A stretch of DNA of 64,000 nucleotides, from NCBI GenBank assembly GCA_012295275.1, contig CM022676.1, positions 7,440,001-7,504,000 on the forward strand, given 5' to 3'. Positions 52,314 through 64,000 of the stretch are shown piece after piece. The stretch is from Chrysomallon squamiferum. Its lineage: Eukaryota > Animalia > Mollusca. Below the pieces are notes generated by a model that worked only from the letters and a program-made list of their open reading frames with translations, had not been told where the DNA came from and ran no database searches. Made by a program: the position numbers and the translations under genes. Each line of letters starts with the position of its first letter. Position 1 is the first letter of the stretch.

Positions 52314-52705
52314 GTAAGTGAATCGATATTAAAGCAGTAACTTATAGGAAAAGAACAAATCTTTACGAGATAGTAGCTATTATGGAATTTTGTGATTAAT
52401 ATATGTTACAAAGCTTTGCTTAAAAATTAATTCAGTGGACGGTACGGATATATTGTAAAACGTTTTGAAAGAATATATATATCTATATAGATAGGTAGGT
52501 CGACACCTAGATAGATAGAGAGACAGAAATAGCGTATTTGTAAAGCTATACTGTTAAACATATTGAATTTTAAAAGTATATATTTATTCATGAGTGCTAG
52601 TGTGTCTGGGTGCATTTACATACTCATTCATTAAAGCGATTATTGGTTTCTCCACACATCAGAATTTTTATATAAACAAAAATAAATTTTCATTCCATGT
52701 CTCAG

Positions 52706-52818
52706 ATGGTCAGAGTGCTCCAACGACTGTACATCCAGATACAGAGAATCTATATTCTCGTCTAGAGGAAAGACGAAATGACGTCCCATATGAGGTCCTA
52801 CTGCCTGATAGTGAGTGA
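52706..52818 (+). CDS. Gene D ITAM exon 8, probable last exon (GQSAPTTVHPDTENLYSRLEERRNDVPYEVLLPDSE*)
   Basis: tctcag| acceptor; ORF 52594..52818 ends S-E-TGA. Confidence 0.75.
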
Positions 52819-53000
52819 ACTGATATTAATAAATGATAAAGCTGTAAACGAGTATTTTTTGTTTGCCATACACTTGTTTATACACTTTCATGAACGATTA
52901 AACAAGGTTGTCTTACCGTTATGATGTACAAGAAAGGAAAACGTAACGTCCACGATTTTCCAGTAAAAAAGGATATCTGTTATTATAATATAACCTACAG

Positions 53001-53049
<49 letters not shown>

Positions 53050-54898
53050 TTCTATATGTATATGTGAATGTATATGTATGTATGTGTAGAGAGAGAGAGA
53101 GAGAGATATATAGATATACAAATGAATTTATAAATATATTATCAATCTCAGTAATGTTTTGCCGCGATGATATCAAAGAAATAAAATATTTTTTATTTTT
53201 TATATTGTCTCTGACGTAAGATCGTGACGTCATGAAATCTCTATTTTCTTGTATAAAGGTGATATGAGAAATTAAATTCCTGGCTGACAGTGACAGAATA
53301 AAACTATATTTACATTTTTTTAAATACTAACAAGAGTTTCCTTTCCACTGCTTGGTAAACCATATCTATCCAAGATTTTGTTATACTTTTGAGTTTTTAT
53401 ATTCAGTTCACATTGCCTAAGTCAGGGGTGGGCAGACTGACAAATGGGCCACACCATTATGAGGTCGAAAAAGGAGCGACCATAAAGCATAAAGAATGCA
53501 CATGAAATCTATTTCTTTTTTCTGTTTCTTAATCAACAAATGTATTGTTACATAGAGACGATTAAGCATTGCAGGGAAAAGACATCAGTGAAATGAAGAC
53601 TACAAATTTAAAACTGTTATAGGTTTATTGTTCGTGAAAATTCCTGACGGGCCGTATTTTGCACACCTCTGGCTTAAGGCATACGGTTATATGATGATTT
53701 TATGATCATTTTCTTAAAGTTTTTCATATTGAGATAAACGTTTGGATTGAATTTAAATGTATTATATTGTGCATCATGTTTTTTTAAATCATTGTTTCTG
53801 CGTCTGGACGTTTCCAGGTAAATGTCCTCTATCCTGTCAGATTTTGTTGTTTTTTTTTTGTTTTGTCTTGGAATTCAAGGCAGGAAGTGTTCAACCCGTG
53901 GAGGTCCGGTGTTTAAACTTGTAAGAGGGTAATTGCCAGAAAGCTTCTGAAGTCGGGCTGATTGGTATCAAAATTATGATTACCACTTTCGAACTTACAG
54001 CTTTGTTTAGTAAACAGTGTAGTCCATGGCAAGAATAGCTGAAACAGTTATACAATGCACAAAATCTGTTTTAGAATGATGCATCTTCTGATGTAGGCCA
54101 AGGTTGTTGCATTTATACGTTTTGTGATCTTTTCGACTCCTGATAAACCGTGTTGTTGTCGTGGTGATCGCTGTTGGTGGTGAAACAGCATAGATTTAAT
54201 TTTCTTGTCTGGATTTTTCTGCTTGGTCTTGTTTTTTTTAGCTGACTTGATCTGTTGATTCTGAAGAAAGGAGTTGATATTCAGATTCAGTGGTAATTCT
54301 GTTACTTCTCAGTAACCAGCGCTTTGAAACACAATTACTTCTGTTTGAACAAAAATCTCTCGATGATTTGAGTAGTGAATACCACCTCCATTTTCACCAG
54401 ATTCTGAATTTATCAAGTAGAGACTAATGTATATATCCACGTAAATAATTTCACTTGGACTCATCATATTTATGTTTCTGTTTTATAATGAATGGACTTG
54501 TGTGGGATGTTCTGATGTAGAATTACAGTTATACACCTTTAGCTGGGGGTGGAAATATAAATTAATTGATGGAATCACTTATATCTGATCTATTTTACAG
54601 CTCTGAAGACATTACTAAAATAAGACTTTGAATAAATCAGTAAACTTACCTTTTTTGTCCTGAATAGATTTTGAATATTCTAGAAATGTACAGCAGATGT
54701 AAATAGTTGATTTTACATGTTATCCAAAGTTAATAGTTACTCAGGAACTGTGAGCAAGCAATTCGAGCACGAAATAAGACAAAAGAAGTAAGAAAGGGAA
54801 CTGATGTAACTACTAAACTAGTGTGCACTGTTTTTCTGTTCATTATATTATGTTTCTTTATCTTATAGCAGGTTTGTTTGTGTTTCATCTTACATATT

Positions 54899-55468
54899 CA
54901 GTGTACCTCTACTTACGAGTTTTATGCTTTGAGTTGCGAACTAAAATCCGAGTTACAAGTAAGCTTCACATACGACATCTCTACGTGGCGCAACAAACAA
55001 CACAATATCAGGCCAGCATCCCGCGTCTCACTCGTTTTCTTCACCAGGTTACCTCGGCACGGAAGCATCTCTGTTGTGTTGTGTTTGCGTTTTGTGCAGT
55101 ATTTTGCCAAATTTATTTTTTCTGACCATGGATCCTAAGAAAGTGAGTACAAAGGACAGTGCTGAGAAGAAGAAGCGGAGGATGTCCATTGAATTAAAGC
55201 TTTAATTCATAGAAAAACATGAGCCAGTTGTGTATGTAGTCGACTTGGCTAGGCAATACTAGCGTAGTACTTCTATGATATGTACATACTGAAGTAGGAG
55301 TCGATAAAGGCTGTACCTCCAGCCAAAGGCGTTAGAATAATTTGTTTGATCTCCAAGATAAATACACTTTACAAAACCAATTTATTTCTTTACATTCTCC
55401 TTTATTTTGTTTTTATATAATATTTGTCATTTATAAATACATTTTTTTTAAATTTAAAAACACGTTGC

Positions 55469-55514
<46 letters not shown>

Positions 55515-55685
55515 AAAAAAAAAAAAAAAAATAAATAAATAAAACAAGGCTGATTATTTGAGGACTGGAATAGATTAATGGTATTTCAAGTAATTTCAGT
55601 CGGGAGAATTGATTTGATATACGAGCAAATTGAGATACGAGCTCGGTCACGGAACGAATTAAACTCGTACGTCAAGGTACCACTA
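54899..55685 (+). mobile_element. Tigger/pogo remnant, duplicate of 5594-6375
   Basis: same TIRs; decayed transposase start at 55128. Confidence 0.8.
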
Positions 55686-55720
55686 TATATATATATATAG
55701 ATACTTGTATAAGTATGTAT

Positions 55721-55751
<31 letters not shown>

Positions 55752-55892
55752 AACATATATATACACATACACACATACATACATATATACATACACACTA
55801 ATATATACATATATACACATTATATTTAGTGGTTATATAGATAGATCGATAGATATTCATTTGAAAGTAGATGTTGATCTCTCTCTCTCTCT

Positions 55893-55940
<48 letters not shown>

Positions 55941-56619
55941 GTCACTATTTTTCTTTGACACAGTAAATAAAATGTTCAGTTCTCTGTTATGATTTAATGT
56001 TTCCCACTGTACATAAATAAAGCAACATTTCTCTACGTATATAATAATTTTTTTTTTCTCTATCGATTTTTGTAGTTGCGCCATTCTGATTTTACACACT
56101 TTTCTTTTCTATAATTTCTCTATTTATCTGTTGGTTTGTCTGTGTTCATCTGTTTTTCTGTCCGATTTTCTTTTCATTCTCTACGTTACTTTATGCATCC
56201 ATCCGTCCACGTATAATTATGTGTATAATAAAATATATGCGTATATGTGGATACATACATATACACACAAGCGCACGTACACACACATGTGTACACTCGT
56301 GAACACACAGTTATTAATACATATAAAAACATAGATAGATACTCCTATACATAATGGAAAGAGGTATGGAAGCTTCATTGCTTATCTGTGAAACAGCGAA
56401 ATTATATGGAACTACGAAACAAAACATCGTAAGGCATTGTAAGGATCAACAACGTTAATTTAGTACTTTTCAAGCACATATTAGTTTGAATTTAGCGTCA
56501 GAAATCCTCATCTCGTTCAGCAATTTTCACTCTTACTGATAACTGCACCTGCACATACTTGGATAACGGAAATTACTTTAAGTTATCTAAATTTAAATAG
56601 AAAGACTTTGTATTAATTT

Positions 56620-58790
56620 TAATTTAAACCGGAGCTGCACAATAAAGCATTGTTGCTATAATTTATTTATTTATTTATATATAATTTTTTTTTTTTTTAA
56701 ATAAAATAAAACGAAACAGATTAAAACAACAACAAAATATTCTCCAGGTCCGTTTAATAGAGTTATAACAAGTTAACGGTCAAAGGGGAATAACTACATA
56801 ATAAATACATAAGAACTGAACAGTTATTCCTCTTGGGCAGCTAACTTGTACTTTAAACGCATCTGCACAACAAAGCATTGTTCCTATAATTTATTTATTT
56901 ATTTTACCAAAAATTAATTGAAATAAAATAAAGAAAAAGAAACAGAACAAAATAATAACAAAATATTGTTCTGCAGTCCCATTTAATAGAGTCATAACAA
57001 GTTAACGGTCTAAGGGGAATAACTCTACTTAAGCTAATAAATAACAACTAAAACAGAGTGATTCCTCTTAGACCGTTAACTTACTGTTTAAACCAAATTT
57101 GCATCATAAACCGTTTTTCCTATAATTTATTTATTTATTTATTTATTCATTCATCTATTTACATGAAAAAAGAAATTTAAATAAAATAAAATAAAACTAA
57201 ACATTAAAACAATAACACAATATTGTGCAGGTCCCTTTAATAGAGTTTTAACAAGTTAACGGTATAAGGGGAATAACTCTACTTAAGCTAATAAATAAGA
57301 ACTGAAACAGAGTTATTCCTCTTAGACCGTTAACTTATAGTTTAAACCACATCTGCACAATAAAGCATTGGTCCTGTAATTAATTAATTAATTTATTTAT
57401 TGATTAATTAATTATTATTCTTTTTTTAAATTTATTTTATCAAAAAGAACATATAGTGGAATGATATAAAACAAAATAGAATAAAACTCAAAAAATAATA
57501 CTCTGCAGATGTCTTTAATAGATTCGTAACAAGTTAACGGTCTAAGGGGAATAACTCTATTTAAGATAATAAATAAGAACTAAATCAGAGTTATTCCTCT
57601 TAGACCGTTAATTATTTACTAAATCGCATCTGCACAATAAAGGATTGTTGTTGCAATTTATTTATTTATTTATTTATTTATTATTGTGTTTGTTTATTTA
57701 TTTTATAGAAAAAAAAGTTAAAGTAAAGTAAAATGAAAAAATAAGTAAAACAATAAGAATACTTTGTTGTGCAAATTGTTTTCATATAGTTATGACATGT
57801 TAATAGCCTAAGGAGAATAACTCTATTTAAGATAATACTTTTGAACTAAAAAAGAGTTATTCCTCTTAGACCGTTAACTTATAATTTAAACCGTTTCAGC
57901 ACAAAAAAGAATTGTTCCTATTATTTATTTATTTATCTATTTATTTGATGAAAAGGAAATTTAAACCAAATAAAATAAAACAAAACAGAATAAAATAATA
58001 AGAAATTCTTCTTCAGGTCCATTTAATAGAGTCATAACAAGTTAATAGTCTAAGGGGAACAACTGTATTTAAGATATTAAATAACAACTAAAACAGAGTT
58101 ATTTCTCGTAGACCGTTAATTATACTTTAAACCGCATCTGCACAATAAACGATTGTTGTTGTGATTTATTTGTTTATTTATTTGTTTATTTATTTATTTA
58201 TAAAAAATAAAATAAAATAAAATAAAATAAAACATAACGAAATAAACAATAGCAATAAACAGAGTTATTCCTCTTAGTCCGTTAATTATACACTAAAGCG
58301 CATCTGCACAGTAAAGGATTTTTGTTGCAATTTGTTTATTTATTTATTTGTTTGTTTGTTTGTTTATTTATTTATTTATTTTATAGAAAAGAAATTAAAT
58401 TAAAGGAAAATAAAAAATAAGTTAAACAACAAGGATAAAATATTGTGCAAATTGTTTTCAAAGAGTTATTACATGTTAAAAGTCTAAGGGGAATAACTCT
58501 ATTTAAAATAATACTTTTGAACTAAAACAGAGTTACTCGTCTTAGACCGTTATCTGTACAATAAACCGTATGTGGATAATAAAGCACTGTTGTGTAATTT
58601 ATTTATTTATTTTCTAAGAAAGAATTGAAATAAAATAAAACGAAACAAAATCAAATAAACAATAACAATTAATTGTTGTGTAGATGCGTGTAATAGAGTT
58701 GTAACAAGCTGATTGTCTAAGAGGAATAACTCTAATATTATAAATAAATAAAATAATTAATTAAGGGAAATAACTCTAACATTAAAACTT
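56620..58790. repeat. ~240-bp palindrome-containing tandem repeat, about 9 units
   Basis: same unit as 36900-38600. Confidence 0.8.
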
Positions 58791-60990
58791 TAAGTCACTG
58801 AGCATTTGTCTTCTACGCCATTGTTTTTTTTTCAAAACAAAAATACTGAATTTTGTTTAATAATTTAGGAAGAAAGAAAGAAAAATATACGGGTATAAAT
58901 CACAGTTTTAGTCTCACAATTTGTTAGCAAAAATGTTATTCTATAATTTGTTATAATGTTTGTAACCGAAACAAAACTTGAAGACGGAGCCTACCTCTTT
59001 TCATTTTTAAACTTTTATGTAATATTATGATTAGGCTTAGTTTCGTTTATATAAAATAAATAAAAAAATAAGTTAATAAATAAATAAGTAAATAATTAAA
59101 TAAGTAAATAAATAAATAAATGAATAAATAAATAAATAAATAAATAAGTTTCCAATTTACTTCCACAGATGACTTCTGCTGAAACTTAAATACGATGAAA
59201 AAGATGTTTTATATATTTATTTTAATTTTAAATGTGTCTTTAATTTCTAATTTTATTTTGATAACAGTCTCAATATTGTTTAACTATCGAGTGCAAGTAT
59301 ATTTTGCCATTTGTCTCTTGTAGACTGTTTCATTATTTTCCCAAAGATCCACCGAATTTACCGTTCTAACAAGCGCAATAAATTTCAGCCATTGTCAGGG
59401 ACAGCACCGGACCACCTGGGGTTAGATTCTGGCGCCCCCAGGAAAATATCAATTTCAAAATTTATAAGTAATAAAAAAAAAAAAAAAAAAAATCCTGTCT
59501 GTTCTCAAATGTTCTAAAAGCAAACACTACTTGATACTGTTTTATTTGTAGATTTAAGACAAGAATAAACAGACATAAAGATAGCCAGATAAGAGGTGAA
59601 CTTCCAGAATGTCATGCTTTTTGGTATCAAAACGGTGATTAGCACTGTCATGTTTGGCTTACATCTTTGTATGGTGAGCAGTGTAGTTGATAACAAAAAT
59701 AGCTGAAACAGTTCTACAATACACAAAATCTGTTTGAGAAATCTGGATCTTTTGCTGTAGCCTAAGGTTGTTGTATTTATCTGTTTCATGATCTTTTCGT
59801 CCTCAAATAAACCGAGGTGTTTTGGTGATTGCTGTTGCTAGTGAGGTAGCATAGATTTAAGTTTGTTGTCTGGATTGTTCTGCTTGCTCTTGTTTTTTAA
59901 AGCTGTGTCCTGATCTCTTGATTCTGAAGAAAGTTGTTGAATCTCAGATTCAGTGGCAAATCAGTAACCAGCGCTTTGGAAAACAAAAATTTCTCGATGA
60001 TTTAAACAATGAACACCATCCCTATTTTCATCAGATTCAGAACTATCAAGTAGAAACAAATCGAAATATCCGCGTCCAAAACATTTTCATTTTCAAGAAT
60101 GGGTGGTATGTTGTTGAAGTAAATGATACATAAATAATAAGATTACAACAACGTTTCCTCCACATACAATATTTTCACTTGCACACCGCGAACGTTTGTT
60201 TCTGTGTTGTAATGAATCGACTTGTGTGGGATATTCTGATGTAGAAATTTGTGGTTTTACACATTACATTTATAACAACAAAAGAAACGGAAGAGCTGAA
60301 GGAGCAAAATATAAATTAATTAATATAATCACTTACATCTGTACACTTTTACAACTCTGAGGAATCATGCATTACAAACATATGACTTCTGAATCAAATA
60401 CTAAATTGATATCTTTTGTCCTGAAAAGTTTTTAGTCATTTGTTTTCCTTTTTGCCCTCTTTTGAAACTTCTAGAAATGTACAGCAGATGTAAATAGTTT
60501 ATTTTCATATTATTCAGACTCAAAAGTTATTCAGGAAGAGGAATCAGTAAGAAAAGAAACATTTCCATATTGTTGCTTTTTTTAACAATGGTTAAAGTGA
60601 TAGAAATCGGATTAAAAGAATTGTGAGCAAGAAGTTAGAAAGGGAAATAGGACAAGGGACGTAATAAAAGCAACTGATGTAACTACTAAACTAGTGTGTA
60701 CTATTGTTTTGTTCATTATGTTATATTTCTTTATCTTAGAGCAGGTTTGTTTCTGTTTCCGCTTATATACACATACACACATACATGCAATACATACATA
60801 CATACATACATACACACACATAAACATACACATACATATACACTTAAGTGAACAAAATATTATATGCGTTTTCTGTAAAATATTTAAAAACACTGATAAA
60901 TATATTTATTGTTGCTCACTATGTTGTTAGGATCATATTTAATGATTAGATAGATATTCATCTGAACATAAATATTAATATGTACATATA

Positions 60991-61203
60991 CAGGGTGTCC
61001 CAGAAATCACGCACCATGAAGATTTTTATTTAGATACATATGAATAACATTTTTATTAATAATAATCATAACAAATGCTCAAATTGCTTGCCCTCTGCAT
61101 TGATACATACTTCAATTCTCTTTATAAAACTGTTTTTTACTCTGTAATATAAAAAAAATAAAATATATACATGTATATGGTGCGCGACTTCTGGGACACC
61201 CTG
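60991..61203 (-). mobile_element. Tc1/mariner MITE, 213 bp
   Basis: 27-bp TIRs cagggtgtcccagaa[a/g]tc[a/g]cgcaccat; TA on both flanks; minus strand encodes a transposase C-terminal relic IKRIEVCINAEGKQFEHL. Confidence 0.85.
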
Positions 61204-61818
61204 TATATCACTATTTTTCTTTGACACAGTAAAGAAAATGTTCAGTTCTCTATTATAATTTAATGTTTCGCATTGTACCTAAAGAAAGCAACGTTTCTCT
61301 GCGTACACAATAAATAATGTTTTTCATTTTTTTCTCTATCGATTTTTATAGTTCGGCCATTCTGATTTAACATACATCTCTTTTCTTTTCTATAATTCTC
61401 TGTTTATCTGTTACTTGTCTGTGTCCATCTTTTTCTCTGTCTGATATATGCATTTATAATATCTTTTTTACAAAATAAATAAATAAATTACAACAATAAT
61501 CCTTTTATTGTGCAGATGCGGTTTAGAATATAATTAACGGTCTAAAGAGGAATCACTCTTATATAGAGTTATTCCCCTTAACTTGTCCAACTGTATTATA
61601 CGTATGTACACAACAATTTATTGCTATTGTTTATTTGGTTATGTTTATTTTATTTTATTTTATTTCATTGTATTTTATTTTCTATAAAATATATAAATAC
61701 GTACAAATACACACAAGCGGACGTACACGCTCAAACTTACAAACAATAACATACATTCGTTCGTAAACACACATTAATACATATAAACATATGTATATAG
61801 ATATACCTGTACATACAT

Positions 61819-61933
<115 letters not shown>

Positions 61934-62254
61934 CACACAAACATTCACACACACACACAAAGCAAATCTCAGGACGTCTGACATAAAACAGATGGTAATA
62001 CGCATAATCTTTTCTTATTTTGGTTTTATATAAATTTCTCATTCTCTCTCTGTCGCACACACACATACACAAATGCACACAAACACAAATATGCACCCAC
62101 AAAAACAAATACACTTAAGAAAGAAACATCAAGACACCCGACATAAAACAGGTGGTACTACGTATTTCACCAGACTTTCTGAATAGTCTTAATATCGTTG
62201 TTTGATTTATTACCTGTGTGACAATGTAACAAAAAGCAGATATTGTCCTGCAGA

Positions 62255-62580
62255 ACACATTAATACAGTGAATTCATCTGTACGTTGACAACGCAGTACA
62301 CATTAATACAGTGCATTCATGATTACGTTGACAACGCAGTACACATTAATACAGTGCATTCATGATTATGTTGACAACGCAGTACACATTAATACAGTGA
62401 ATTCATGGTTATGTCAATAACACAGTACACATTAGTACACTGCATTCATCTGTACGTTGACAAAGCAGTACACATTAATACAGTGAATTCATGATTAAGT
62501 TGATTACACGTAATACAGTGATTTCAGGATTATGTTGACAACGCAGTAACCATTAATACAGTGAATTCTTGGTTATGTTG
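62255..62580 (+). repeat. 43-bp minisatellite, about 7 units
   Basis: same unit as 7612-8378. Confidence 0.85.
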
Positions 62581-63289
62581 ATGGGGCCAGTTTATAAATA
62601 AGATTATGATTTAATAACACTAGATTTTTATATTCTATTCCTAATGTAGGTTTTCTCTCTATAATTTGTTTATACACTGACGCAAAACAGTGTCTAGATT
62701 AAACGGGAATGAAAAACAGTGACAATAATATAATTTAAAATTATATCAAACAATATAATGAAATACTTTACAATATAATATAATATTGCACGATATGATA
62801 TCATCAGAACACAATAGAAAAAATTCAGTGACATGGCAGAAAGAATATTAGGTGTCTGGGGTCACATTTTTTTGTGCGTATGCTTCCATCCATGGCTGGT
62901 TTTAAACAGACTTGTAGAGATACAATATATCAGATTAAAACTAACCAAGTCATTTCATGACGCACGAAATAAAACTGACAAAGAGCCAACTTCAAAATGG
63001 CCGCCCTTTATCTGTTGACAATACCCAGTTTATTATGAAATATCATCTGAGAATTTGCACATTTTCAAACCAATTCAGCACATATACATACATGGATATA
63101 TACATACGTAACCACTTATCTACATACACATTGCTATAATATATATAAATATATACGTACATATATACACACAGGCATAACCTCGAAAAAACAACAACAT
63201 TACCCACCAACAAAAAAGAAAAAAGAAAAACGAAAACAAATCAAGTATTCAAAATATAACGGGAGAAAACCTATAATAATAATAATCAT

Positions 63290-63360
<71 letters not shown>

Positions 63361-63713
63361 CAACAACAACGACAACAAAAAAGCACGAAAACTAACAAAC
63401 GAAAAAAAAAAAATCAAACAGAGGTTGAATAACAGGTACAGGCTGAGAGCTAAGTAAATGTGATTGTGAGAAATGAGTTTTGAAAGAAAATAAGACAGAA
63501 CAATAACAAATCATAATACACACAAATAGTTTACGTAAAGTCGTTGAATATTTTGTTATCAGAGACTGGAGTACGTTAAGAATGGTACAACAGATACGTC
63601 GATTACAGAAACTAATAGAAACATTGTTATTTCGCACAGTTTTATATAATTACGTACGCTATAGGTGTATGTATACACATACGGATTTAGATCTATACTC
63701 AAAATATAAAAAT

Positions 63714-63786
<73 letters not shown>

Positions 63787-64000
63787 TCTTGTATAACCGA
63801 ACACAAAAGAAAGAATATGCTACGCAATAACTTGGCAGAAAGAGTATCTTTTGGGTTACATTTTTTGCGCGTCGTCTTTAACTGATGACTGGTTTTGAAT
63901 AGAGTGTAGAGTTACAATAAGAGTTCAAATGAGTCCGTCTTGTCATGACAGGACAAACTAAACTTGACAAGCAGCCAAATTCAAAATGGCCGCCCTTTAT

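Larger units (their letters stand above)
50330..56915 (+). repeat. Segmental duplication of ~1020-7605
   Basis: near-identical colinear sequence at ~49.3 kb offset, including ITAM exons and the Tigger insertion. Confidence 0.9.

Overview
AT-rich, microsatellite-dense eukaryotic DNA from an invertebrate. Mollusc-like repeats and Ig motifs suggest a mollusc, but the taxon is an inference. Most ORF-track entries are microsatellite noise; the real genes are multi-exon and were rebuilt by hand from GT/AG sites and exon phase. The window holds a rapidly duplicating cluster of type I membrane Ig-superfamily receptors. Gene A (-, 16529-11255) is leader-V-TM with an ITIM/ITSM tail, 254 aa. Gene B (-, 30557-18437) has four tandem leader+V cassettes, then C2-V-C2-TM and four ITAM exons. 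Gene D (+, 42783-52818) is leader-V-TM with eight tandem 105-nt ITAM exons. Gene E (+, 15-3456) is the 3' end of a D paralogue with at least five ITAM exons. Several pseudo-exons are also present. Together these look like a paired activating/inhibitory immunoreceptor system whose ITAM number and V-domain number vary by tandem exon duplication. The rest is a ~49-kb-offset segmental duplication, Tigger/Tc1/mariner remnants, a 43-bp minisatellite, a palindromic ~240-bp tandem repeat and a dispersed module carrying a YY1-like motif.
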